Assembly: GCA_965218795.1 (NCBI GenBank)
Contig: OZ244653.1
Location: 1,472,001-1,536,000 of the forward strand
Direction: 5' to 3'
Source of the DNA: a bacterium
GTDB taxonomy: Bacteria > UBA8248 > JACPRG01 > G963555815
Length of the DNA: 64,000 nucleotides
In this document: positions 48,472 through 57,568 of the stretch, piece by piece
Numbering within the stretch: position 1 is the stretch's first letter
How the letters are laid out: each line of letters starts with the position of its first letter
Made by a program: the position numbers and the translations under genes
Notes under the pieces: generated by a model
Databases searched by the model: none
What the model was told of the DNA's origin: nothing
What the model saw: the letters and a program-made list of their open reading frames with translations, nothing else

Positions 48472-49196
48472 ACGACAAGCTCCTCGACGTCCAGACCGTG
48501 ACCAAGCGATTTGGAGGCTTCCACGCCTTGACCGAAGTCAGCATCCACGTGAACAACGGTGAGAGATTCGGGCTCATCGGGCCGAACGGCTCCGGTAAGA
48601 CCACCCTCATCAACTGCGTCTCCGGCGCCCTGCCCTGCGACGGCGGACAGGTCTATTTCGATGGCCACAACATTACGACCGCCGCCGGATACAAGCGCGT
48701 CCGGATGGGGCTCGTGCGGAGTTTTCAGATCCCGAAGCCATTCGTGAGCATGACGGTGGTCGAGAACCTCCGGATCCCCCTGGAATACGCCGCCCACTAC
48801 AAGTCGCACCACGGCCTGGACACCCGGGCGGAGGCGATGGAGATCCTCGAGCTCATTGATCTCGACGGCAAGGCCGACATCCGGCCGTCAGGCCTCACCC
48901 AAATTGACATGCGACGTCTGGAGCTCGCCAGGGCCCTGGCGGCAAATCCCAAACTCCTGATCCTGGACGAGTGCATGGCGGGACTTTCGAGCGCGGAGGT
49001 CGACGAGATCATCAAGATCCTCATCCGGTTGAATGAGCGCGAGATCACCATCATCATGATTGAGCACATCATGCGGGCCGTGATGAGCTTCTCAGAGCGA
49101 ATCGCCGTCCTCGACGCAGGGAAGAAAATCGCCGAGGGCGTGCCGGACGAAATCGTCAACAACAAGGAAGTGGAAAGGGCCTACCTTGGCGAATAG
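48468..49196 (+). CDS. LivG-like ABC ATPase
   Basis: GPNGSGKTT, LILDE, IEH, AYLGE. Confidence 0.93.
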   Translation: MNDKLLDVQTVTKRFGGFHALTEVSIHVNNGERFGLIGPNGSGKTTLINCVSGALPCDGGQVYFDGHNITTAAGYKRVRMGLVRSFQIPKPFVSMTVVENLRIPLEYAAHYKSHHGLDTRAEAMEILELIDLDGKADIRPSGLTQIDMRRLELARALAANPKLLILDECMAGLSSAEVDEIIKILIRLNEREITIIMIEHIMRAVMSFSERIAVLDAGKKIAEGVPDEIVNNKEVERAYLGE

Positions 49197-49917
49197 CATC
49201 GTCGTCAAGAACGTGAATGCCGGCTACGGCGCGGTCAAAGTGCTTCACGACGTCTCCATGGAGGTACGGGACGGGGAGACGGTCGCCCTGCTGGGGACGA
49301 ACGGCAACGGCAAGAGCACGCTGCTCAAGTGCATCATGGGCATCGCGACCCCCGACAGCGGCGAGATCATCCTCAATCTGGACGGCGAGCGTATCGATCT
49401 GATCGGTAAGCCCGCCGAGGAGATCGTGAACATGGGCGTGGCCCTCGTTCCGGAGGGGAGGAGGCTCTTTCCGATGCTGACGGTGGAAGAGAACCTCGAA
49501 CTGGGGGCCTACCGCCCCCAGGCCCGGAGCAGAATCGAGCCCAACAAGCGATTCTGCTACGAAGCCTTCCCGGTTCTGGAGGAGCGCAGGCAGCAGCAGG
49601 CCGGAAGCATGAGCGGGGGTGAGCAGCAGATGCTGGCCATTGCCCGGGCCCTGATGTCCTCGCCCAAGGTGCTGCTCGTGGACGAGCCGTCGGTCGGCCT
49701 TGCGCCCATCCTTGTCAGCCGCGTCATCTCGAAGATCAAGGAGCTGAAGGAACAACAAAACCTCACGGTTCTGATGGCGGAGCAAAACTTCAACCAAGCC
49801 ATTAAAATCGCCGACCGGGGCTACATCATCGTCGAGGGCAAGATCGCTTTCGAGGGACAGACGGCCGAGGAACTCAGCGGACACGACTTGGTGAAGAGAT
49901 ACTACCTCGGCGTCTGA
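49186..49917 (+). CDS. LivF-like ABC ATPase
   Basis: GTNGNGKS, VPEGRRLF, MSGGEQQM, DEPSVGLAP. Confidence 0.93.
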   Translation: MANSIVVKNVNAGYGAVKVLHDVSMEVRDGETVALLGTNGNGKSTLLKCIMGIATPDSGEIILNLDGERIDLIGKPAEEIVNMGVALVPEGRRLFPMLTVEENLELGAYRPQARSRIEPNKRFCYEAFPVLEERRQQQAGSMSGGEQQMLAIARALMSSPKVLLVDEPSVGLAPILVSRVISKIKELKEQQNLTVLMAEQNFNQAIKIADRGYIIVEGKIAFEGQTAEELSGHDLVKRYYLGV

Positions 49918-50062
49918 TCCCTTTCGTCCGGTATCCACCGTCTCCGATCGCCCCCTCCTCCACCGGTGGAAACCCGCGTCCGTTTCAGGGATACTTTTCT
50001 CCCAAGAGGACCATGTCCGGCGCTCCCGCCGGGCGGTCGAAACCTATAAGACCCTGCCAGTC

Positions 50063-51055
50063 ATGCGCCGTCTTGCGTCTTCGGTCCGTTTCATCCTGTT
50101 CATCGTTCTCCTCTGGGGGGCGAACGGGAGCGCTTCGTCCGTATCCGGGCGGGAGAAATCAGAGCCGCCTGCTTTTATGGGATACGCGGAGAAAGACCTG
50201 GAATGGGCCCGGGCCATCACAGGCTGGCCGACCTTTCAGGCCACGCGAAACCTCCGCTTCCAGGCCGACCAGGAGGTTTTCCAATTCCTGATCAATCATC
50301 CGGATTTCGCCGCAGCCGTCAGCCGCGGCATCGGCCACGAAAAATTTTTCGTGACCCGGAAAGAAGACAACCTTTTCGATATCCGGCACGGCCACGCCAA
50401 AGGCATATTCTGGACGGTGGAGCGAAACCCGGGCCGGGCCGCCTATCTGGCGGTGGGGATTTACGACAACCCGGCCTTCAGTTGGCTCGGAATCGTTGTC
50501 CGGGCCCGGGCGTACGTGATCGAAACATTCAAGTGGAAGCCTGCCAAAGGATCCCCTCCGGGAGAGGCCACGGTTTCCATCCGTGCATATCTTCGGGTCG
50601 AGAACGCTTTTTGGGGATGGATATTCAAGTTGATCGCCCCCCTCGTCCGGACGCCCTTCGAGGATAAGCTGACCGGAGCCTACCGAATCGCGCCCGAGCT
50701 GAGCCAGATGGCCTTTGAGGACGGCAACGGATTCTTGAAGAAAATCGAAACAATCCAGGGGCTCGATCCCGAACGGTCCCGGCGGTTCATCGAATTAGTC
50801 AGGAAGCAGAAGAAGGGGCCGACATCCCGGCGGTCCTCCAGGTCCGGTCCCGCGCGATACTCACGGCAATTTTCCAAACCCACACACGCGTTCCGGACAT
50901 GCCGGCCCACATCGGCCATTGAGAGGGTCGGGCAGCGTCCATCATTGATGACGGCCACCAAGACCCCCGCGCGCGAAAACGACTCGGCCAGGAATCAGTG
51001 TAGGGCGGGCGTCTCGCCCGCGCTGAGGTCATCCTTATCCATGAAGCGTCGATAA
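50063..51055 (+). CDS. Hypothetical secreted protein; last ~75 aa run antisense through a pseudogene
   Basis: Signal peptide; protein-like composition to ~50815, then antisense-like sequence. Confidence 0.6.
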   Translation: MRRLASSVRFILFIVLLWGANGSASSVSGREKSEPPAFMGYAEKDLEWARAITGWPTFQATRNLRFQADQEVFQFLINHPDFAAAVSRGIGHEKFFVTRKEDNLFDIRHGHAKGIFWTVERNPGRAAYLAVGIYDNPAFSWLGIVVRARAYVIETFKWKPAKGSPPGEATVSIRAYLRVENAFWGWIFKLIAPLVRTPFEDKLTGAYRIAPELSQMAFEDGNGFLKKIETIQGLDPERSRRFIELVRKQKKGPTSRRSSRSGPARYSRQFSKPTHAFRTCRPTSAIERVGQRPSLMTATKTPARENDSARNQCRAGVSPALRSSLSMKRR

Positions 51056-51293
51056 CCGCCACGGATGAAGGTGAGAACCGGAGCGGAATCTTTGGAGGGA
51101 AGAAAAAGAACCAGGCTCTCCGCTTCGCTCGGACCATAGGAGACGTCGAGGGCATTCCGGCTGTCCGAGCGGTATTGCAGGCTGCGGTTGGCCCAGTCCG
51201 GAAAGATTTCCACGTGCTCCAACAATACGGCCCGCGCGTCGTATTGTTCTTTTAGTTGTTCGGCGAATATCGGCCGAAAACAATGTTTGCCAT
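50830..51293 (-). pseudogene. Arylformamidase/esterase (alpha/beta hydrolase) pseudogene
   Basis: GGAGG RBS and ATG 51293; EQYDAR, LDVSYGP, PVLTFIRGGY..MDKDDLS/FLAE...AGVLVAVIN..CP; frameshift, REP insertion and truncation. Confidence 0.8.
50995..51021 (+). repeat. GTAG-type REP palindrome inserted in the pseudogene
   Basis: TCAGT-GTAGG-GCGGGCG-TCT-CGCCCGC. Confidence 0.75.
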
Positions 51294-51315
51294 CCCTACG
51301 CCTCCAAGCGCCGCG

Positions 51316-51336
51316 GTAGGGCGGGCATCCTGCCCG
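51316..51336 (+). repeat. GTAG-type REP palindrome
   Basis: GTAGGG-CGGGCA-TCC-TGCCCG; related to 50995-51021. Confidence 0.7.
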
Positions 51337-51383
51337 GCGCGCAGAATCCCCCTCTGCGTCTCCGGGTCCGGCCACTGAGGCCG

Positions 51384-52085
51384 CTATACACCGAGATATC
51401 GATGCTTCAGGTCATCCCGTTCGGCCAAGGCTACCGAATCCCCCGACCAGACCACACGGCCCTTCTCCATGATGTAGTGCCTGTCCGCAATGGGCGTCAG
51501 GGCTTCCAGGTTTCGATCAATCACCAGAATGGCTTGTCCTCCAGCCTTCAAGCGTTCCAGACACTTCCAGATATCATCACAAATCAGGGGAGCCAGCCCC
51601 TCTGTTGCTTCATCCAGGACAAGCAGCCTGGAGTTCGTCATCAACGCCCGCCCGATGGCAAGCATTTGCTGCTCGCCGCCCGAGAGGGTCCCCCCGAGAA
51701 AGTTACGCCGCTCGTTCAGCTTCGGGAACATCTCATAGATACCCTCGAGCGTCCAGGGATTCTTCATATTCGAGCGGTTGGCCGCCGTGGCCACCAGGTT
51801 TTCTCTCACCGTTAGATTCGGGAAGACCTGACGACCCTCGGGGACGAGCCCAAGACCCGAGCGCGCGACGACGTAGCTGGGCCGGTTGTGAATCTCGACT
51901 CCCTCGAACAGGATGCGGCCGGATCGCGGCGGCGTCAGGCCGGTAATGGAACGGACGGTCGTCGTCTTCCCCATCCCGTTTCTGCCCATGAGGGTCACGA
52001 CCTCCCCCGGGCCGACCTCCAGGCTGACGCCGAACAGGACCTGGCTCCTGCCGTAGAAGGTTTCGATCCGGTCGACCTGGAGCAT
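51384..52085 (-). CDS. LivF-like ABC ATPase
   Basis: GRNGMGKTT, LSGGEQQM, DEATEGLAP. Confidence 0.93.
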   Translation of the reverse strand: MLQVDRIETFYGRSQVLFGVSLEVGPGEVVTLMGRNGMGKTTTVRSITGLTPPRSGRILFEGVEIHNRPSYVVARSGLGLVPEGRQVFPNLTVRENLVATAANRSNMKNPWTLEGIYEMFPKLNERRNFLGGTLSGGEQQMLAIGRALMTNSRLLVLDEATEGLAPLICDDIWKCLERLKAGGQAILVIDRNLEALTPIADRHYIMEKGRVVWSGDSVALAERDDLKHRYLGV

Positions 52086-52834
52086 CACCCCTCCTCCCCC
52101 AGGTAGGCCCGCCGGACCGCCGGATCCTCACGTATCGATTCCGGCTGACCCGTCGCAATGGCCTGTCCGTACACTAGGACGGTGATTCGGTCGGCCAGAG
52201 CAAACACCGCGTCCATGTCGTGTTCCACGAGGAGGATCGCAACTTCGCCCTTGAGGCTTCCGAGCATCTCCACCATTCGTGTGGACTCTTCGGGTCCCAT
52301 CCCGGCCATAGGCTCATCCAGCAATAACAGCGAGGGGTTCGTGGCGAGGGTCATGGCAATCTCCAGCTGGCGCTGCTCCCCGTGGGCAAGATTGGCGGCC
52401 GGAACGTCCGCGCGCTTTCCCAGCCCGACCCGGCCCAGGACCTCCCGGGCGGGCACATGCAGACGCGCGTCGGTCCGCGCCCGCTTCCAAAAACGAAACG
52501 AATGCCCGTCGTGCGCCTGGATCGCCATGGACACATTGTCTTCCGCGGTGAAGCCCGAGAGAAGGGAAGTGATCTGAAACGACCGGGCCAGCCCGAGGCG
52601 CGATCGCGCGTGGACCGGCAGACGGGTGATGTCGCGCCCCTCGAACCGGACGTCGCCCGCGTCGGGGAGAAGCTCCCCGGAGAGCTGCGCAATGGCCGTG
52701 GTCTTGCCCGCACCGTTGGGCCCGATCACCGCGTGAATCTCGCCCGGCATGACATCCAGGCATAGGGCGTCCGTCGCCCGGACCGCTCCGAAGGCTTTCG
52801 TCATGTCCCGCGCGATCAGAAGCGGATCAGCCAT
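52085..52834 (-). CDS. LivG-like ABC ATPase
   Basis: GPNGAGKTT, LAHGEQRQLE, LLDEPMAG, VEHDM. Confidence 0.93.
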   Translation of the reverse strand: MADPLLIARDMTKAFGAVRATDALCLDVMPGEIHAVIGPNGAGKTTAIAQLSGELLPDAGDVRFEGRDITRLPVHARSRLGLARSFQITSLLSGFTAEDNVSMAIQAHDGHSFRFWKRARTDARLHVPAREVLGRVGLGKRADVPAANLAHGEQRQLEIAMTLATNPSLLLLDEPMAGMGPEESTRMVEMLGSLKGEVAILLVEHDMDAVFALADRITVLVYGQAIATGQPESIREDPAVRRAYLGEEG

Positions 52835-53822
52835 TCCGCGCCCCCGAATCCTCGATCCACCCGAAGAGGCCTCTCCGTGCGAACAGAACGACAACGATCA
52901 TCACGAGCCCGAGGATCAGCATCCAGTGCTCGGTATAGATGGAGAGGACCTCCTCCAGGAGGAGAAAAACCGCGGCTCCGAACACAGGGCCGTAGAGCGT
53001 GCCCATCCCGCCCAGGATGACCATGATCATGATCTCCCCCGAGACCGTCCAGTGCATCAGGTTCGGGCTGACGAATTCAGTCTGGTTTGCGATCAGAGCG
53101 CCTGACAATCCGCCGATGGCTCCCGCAATCACAAAACAGGTCAGCTTATACCGATAGACGGGAAACCCGAGCGCGCTCATCCGTCGCTCGTTTTCCTTGC
53201 AGCCGCGGATTACCATCCCGAAGCGGGAGCCAACCAACCGGCGGCTGAAATACAGAAAAAGAAGCAGTAAGGCCAGGCAGAGGTAGTAGAACGTCCCATC
53301 GTCGCTGAGGTCCAGTCCCCCGAAACTGTTTCGGGAGACCATGCTCAGTCCGTCATCGCCGCCGTACTTCTCGAGGGAGATAAAGAAGAAGTACATCATT
53401 TGGGCGAAGGCCAAGGTGATCATGATGAAGTAGATGCCGCTCGTCCGGAGGCTGACCCCGCCGATGATGAAGGCCAGGACCCCCGAAAGGAAGACCGCCA
53501 ACGGCCAGGAGGCGAAGGCGTTTTCCGTCCCGTGGATGGGAAGCCAGCTGAACACGGGCGTGTCTTCGACGCTGTGGAACGCCAGGATATCGACCACGTA
53601 GGCCCCCGCCCCGAAAAACGCGGCGTGGCCGAGACTCACCATACCCCCGAACCCTAAAATCAGGTCCAGGCTCACTGCGGCCAGGGCGTAAATCAGAATC
53701 CGGCTGAACAGGCTGATGATGAAGGGCTCTTGAAGCGCGGCAGCGGCGGGAGGGAGTCCGATCAAAAGGACCACCCCGCCAAAGAGCATCCAGCCTTTCG
53801 GGGATGGCCGGAATTCAGGCAT
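52827..53822 (-). CDS. LivM-like ABC permease
   Basis: GGMVSLGHAAFFG, IYFIMITLAFAQM. Confidence 0.92.
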   Translation of the reverse strand: MPEFRPSPKGWMLFGGVVLLIGLPPAAAALQEPFIISLFSRILIYALAAVSLDLILGFGGMVSLGHAAFFGAGAYVVDILAFHSVEDTPVFSWLPIHGTENAFASWPLAVFLSGVLAFIIGGVSLRTSGIYFIMITLAFAQMMYFFFISLEKYGGDDGLSMVSRNSFGGLDLSDDGTFYYLCLALLLLFLYFSRRLVGSRFGMVIRGCKENERRMSALGFPVYRYKLTCFVIAGAIGGLSGALIANQTEFVSPNLMHWTVSGEIMIMVILGGMGTLYGPVFGAAVFLLLEEVLSIYTEHWMLILGLVMIVVVLFARRGLFGWIEDSGARNG

Positions 53823-54735
53823 AGGCGGGCAACAATCCGCGAGGCTTCCAGGCCAGGATGACGGCCATCAGGATGTAGATGGCCATCGAGGCGAGGGACG
53901 CGCCCGCCCCGTCGGCCGTGGCGGCGTCGAGGAACAATTTGAAAAATACCGGCAGGAAGGCCCGGCCCAGGGTGTCGATCAGTCCGATCATGATCGCTCC
54001 AAGCAATGCGCCCTTGATGGAGCCAATCCCCCCGATGACGATCACAACAAAGGTCAGGATCAGAATGTCTTCGCCCATCCCCACCTCGACGGCGAAGATC
54101 GGTCCCGCCATCACGCCCGCCACCCCGGCCAGCATGGCGCCCAGCCCGAAGACCAGCGTGTACAGCAGTTTCACGTTGACGCCCATGGCGCCCACCATCT
54201 CACGGTTGCTCGCGCTGGCGCGGATCAGCATCCCCAGTCGGGTCTTGGTGATCAGGAAATAGAGGAAGACGCCGACACCGATGCCCGCAACGATGATCGC
54301 AAGCCGGAAAGCGGGATACGGGGCGCCGGGGATGATCTCCACCGTCCCCGAGAGGGCTTTCGGCACGTCCAAAAAGAGGGCTGAGGGGCCCCAGACAATC
54401 TTCGTCAGCTCGTTGAAAAAGAGAATGAGGCCAAAAGTCGCCAAGACCTGATCCAGATGGTCGCGGGCGTACAGCGTGCGCAGCGCGATCATCTCCACCA
54501 CCATGCCCACCACCGCCGCCCCGGGCAGGGCGACCAGGACCCCGAGGACGAACGAGCCCGTGATTTGAAAGATGGTGGCGCAAAGGTACGCCCCGACCAT
54601 GTAGAGCGAGCCGTGGGCCAGGTTGATGAGGTCCATGATGCCGAAAACGAGGGTCAGCCCGGCCGCCATCAGAAACAGCATCACCCCGAATTGCAGACCG
54701 TTCAGGAATTGTTCGAGGAACAAAAGGAAGGTCAT
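53815..54735 (-). CDS. LivH-like ABC permease
   Basis: GLTLVFGIMDLINLAHG, VIGGIGSIKG. Confidence 0.92.
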   Translation of the reverse strand: MTFLLFLEQFLNGLQFGVMLFLMAAGLTLVFGIMDLINLAHGSLYMVGAYLCATIFQITGSFVLGVLVALPGAAVVGMVVEMIALRTLYARDHLDQVLATFGLILFFNELTKIVWGPSALFLDVPKALSGTVEIIPGAPYPAFRLAIIVAGIGVGVFLYFLITKTRLGMLIRASASNREMVGAMGVNVKLLYTLVFGLGAMLAGVAGVMAGPIFAVEVGMGEDILILTFVVIVIGGIGSIKGALLGAIMIGLIDTLGRAFLPVFFKLFLDAATADGAGASLASMAIYILMAVILAWKPRGLLPAYA

Positions 54736-54804
54736 TGTGCACACGAATTGGGAGGATGAAGAGCGGGCGGCGGAACCTCCCGGTCGCCGCCGCCCCTTAT
54801 TCCC

Positions 54805-55965
54805 TTACTTCATCTTGCACTGATCGACATATGCGTTCGAACGCATCGAGAACGCTTTGCCCAAGGTCTTATTGGTGATCGTTCCGTTCTCATCCACGAC
54901 GATCCGGGTGTAGATGTCGTGAATGGGGTGGTGGTTCGAGGAGAACTTGAAATCACCCCGGACGGACTCGAAATCCGCCCGCCGCAGGGCTTCGCGGAAT
55001 TGGTCCTTCTTGGACATATCGCCTCCGACGGCCTTGACGGCGCTGCCGATCAGCTTGGCGGCGTCATAGCCCTGGCTGGCGAACATCGAGGGCAGGCGGC
55101 CGTACTTTTTCTTGAAATCGGCCACGAACCGCTTGTTGGCCGCGTTGGGCAGATCCTTGTTCTATTGGGTGGTGTTGACGACGCCCAGGGCGGCCTTGCC
55201 GGCGGCCTTGAGGATCGTCTGATCGAAGGAGAAACCCGGGCCGTACAGATCGATCTTGCCCACCAGGCCCGCCTGGTTCCACTGCTTCAGGAAGCTGATA
55301 CCCATCCCGCCCGGCAGGAAGAAGTAGACCGCCTGCGGGTTGGCGCTGCGAACCGCGGCGATCTCCGCCGCGTAATCCTTCAGACCGAGCTTGACGTACA
55401 CCTCGCCCGCGAGATTTTTCTTGTAGAAACGGCGGAATCCCTTGACCATATCCTTGCCCGCAGGGTAATTGACCGAGAGCGCGTAGACCTTGTTGAGGCC
55501 CTTGTCGGTCAGGTACTGTCCCATGGCTTCGGGGAGGTTATCGTTCTGCCAAGAGGTGTTGAAGTAATTCTTGTGGCAGCGCTTGCCGGCCAGGTAGGAA
55601 GGGCCTGCGTTGGGGCTGACGTAGAAAATCCCCTTGCGAACGACCTTGGGAACGACGGCGATGGCGATGTTGGACCAGATGATCCCGGTCATGATGTCGA
55701 CCTTGTCCCGCTTGACGAACCGGTCGGAAATCTGCTTCGCCCGGCCGGGCTTTCGCGCCGAGTCCTCCACCAGCAGTTTTACGGGATAACCGCCGAGCTT
55801 GCCGCCCTCCTGGTCGACAGCGAGCTTGAATCCATCCCGAACATCGATCCCCAATGCGCTTGCGCCGCCGGACAGGGTGGTGATCATCCCGATCTTCACC
55901 TCCGCCACGGCGCCGGAGGTCATCAGAAACAGTACGGCAACGGCCAATCCGATCATTCGTCTCAT
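54805..55965 (-). pseudogene. Liv-type substrate-binding protein with one in-frame amber codon (55162-55164)
   Basis: ...VVNTTQ*NKDLPNAANKRFVADF... continues in frame to TAA at 54805. Confidence 0.85.
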
Positions 55966-56125
55966 GATCCAAGTCACTCCCTGCTAGAGAACCAGTACGA
56001 ACACGAAAACCGAGCCTGAACATCCTTAAGAAACAAATCGGCGACAATCCAGGCCAATGTTTCCAATTCATCGGAAAACAGTATTTTTATGACTATCCGT
56101 TATAAGAGTAAATGAATTTTGATGC

Positions 56126-56140
56126 AATGGTCTGACCCAT
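56126..56140. promoter_or_regulatory. Putative GntR/FadR-type operator in the divergent AT-rich intergenic region
   Basis: AATGGTCTGACCCAT is close to the TGGTCnGACCA palindrome. Confidence 0.35.
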
Positions 56141-56209
56141 CAGCTATGTTCTTTTCAAGTATAAACTGGAGATCATGGGGGTAGATTCCAGTGGCAGGCC
56201 AAACGGCAT

Positions 56210-56279
56210 CTTGGCCGTCAAAAGTTTTTCGAGGGGCTTGGAGACAGTTTTTCAAAAATGTCCCCAAGGAAAGAGCCGC
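56210..56279 (-). repeat. ~70-bp palindromic repeat family, copy A (degenerate)
   Basis: Reverse complement of 57297-57370. Confidence 0.8.
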
Positions 56280-56305
56280 TTCCTGACCATCATTGAGACA
56301 GCCTC

Positions 56306-57280
56306 ATGAGCAGACTCATCACGCTCGACCGGATCAAAAAAGCCCGGCAAGAACTGCCTGCCGTCATCCGGTGGACGCCGGTTCTGCCCCTCGCCCGGGA
56401 CCTCCCGGAAGTGGGCTGCGAGACCCTCTTCCTCAAGGCCGAGAATCTCCAGGTCACGGGCGCGTACAAACCCCGCGCGGCCTTCACAATCCTGAACGCC
56501 CTCTCCGCCGACGTCCGGTCCAAAGGCGTGGTGATGAGCTCTTCGGGTAACTTTGCCCAGGCGTTCGCTTATGCGGGAGCCAGCGGAGGGGTGCCCGTGG
56601 CGGTCGTCATGCCGGAGCAGACCAGTCCCTACAAGGTGGATGCCACGCGAGGCTGCGGGGCGGAGGTCTGCTTTTGCGAAAATTCCCTCGCGCGCCAGCC
56701 GACGGTCGAACGCATCTCGAAGGAACGGGGGATGACCGCCATCAACACATGGGAGGACCCGATGACGATCGCGGGCCACGGCACCCTCGGACTGGAAATC
56801 CTGGACGACCTGCCGGAGGTCGAGCAGGTCCTGGTTCCGGTGGGCAGCGCGGGACTGGCCGCGGGCATCGCCGCGGCGGTGAAGGAATCGCGTCCCGACG
56901 TCAGGGTCGTCGGCGTTCAGCCCGAGCGGGCCAACGCGGCGTATATATCCCTGCAAAAGGGCGAGCCCACGACCATCGACGACTGGGACAGCATGGCCGA
57001 CGGCCTCGCGCCCGTGCGTCCGGGCGACCTCCCCTTCCGCCACATCCAAGAGTACCTCGACGGCATCGTCCTGATTACGGAACAGGACATCGCCGCCGCG
57101 TTCAGGACGATGCTCCATCGGACCAAAATTCTCGCCGAACCCTCCGGAGCGGTCGCCCCCGCGGCCTACCTGACCGGCAAGGTGGACCTGGACAGGAAAA
57201 CGGTCGCCATCGTGACCGGAGGAAACCTGACCCAAGAGGTCATGGACAAGATGATGGCGATGCGCCCGCAGCAACCTTAA
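56306..57280 (+). CDS. PLP-dependent threonine/serine dehydratase family (catabolic type, no ACT domain)
   Basis: LKAENLQVTGAYKPR, SSGNFAQ, GTLGLEI, EPSGA, TGGN. Confidence 0.92.
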   Translation: MSRLITLDRIKKARQELPAVIRWTPVLPLARDLPEVGCETLFLKAENLQVTGAYKPRAAFTILNALSADVRSKGVVMSSSGNFAQAFAYAGASGGVPVAVVMPEQTSPYKVDATRGCGAEVCFCENSLARQPTVERISKERGMTAINTWEDPMTIAGHGTLGLEILDDLPEVEQVLVPVGSAGLAAGIAAAVKESRPDVRVVGVQPERANAAYISLQKGEPTTIDDWDSMADGLAPVRPGDLPFRHIQEYLDGIVLITEQDIAAAFRTMLHRTKILAEPSGAVAPAAYLTGKVDLDRKTVAIVTGGNLTQEVMDKMMAMRPQQP

Positions 57281-57296
57281 GAAGCGGAAGGCAGGC

Positions 57297-57370
57297 GCGG
57301 CGTATTCTTTGGGGGGACATTTTGAAAACTGTCCCCCCCAATCCCCCCCGAAAACTTTTTGACGGCCAAG
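57297..57370 (+). repeat. ~70-bp palindromic repeat family, copy B
   Basis: GGGGGACATTTTGAAAACTGTCCCCC hairpin followed by CCCCCCCGAAAACTTT. Confidence 0.85.
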
Positions 57371-57568
57371 CCTGAGGCTTAGCCTGCTCGCGCTTTCCTC
57401 CTTTATGATGTGTCTTGATGAATGGGGACAAATCCCGTCCATCACGTCGGGTTGGGCAGCATGACGGGCTCGAAAGTTCTCAAGAGAAAGCTCTCAAGAT
57501 CAGAGCGGGATGGACGGATTCGGATCTCACGGGTCCGGCACCGGCCTCCCGCCGACGGGGGAAATACC

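Noticed and set aside
55162-55164. Genome-wide amber recoding or pyrrolysine
   Set aside because: TAG terminates argJ and dxr normally, no pyl genes are in the window, and the sites look like Trp-codon transitions.
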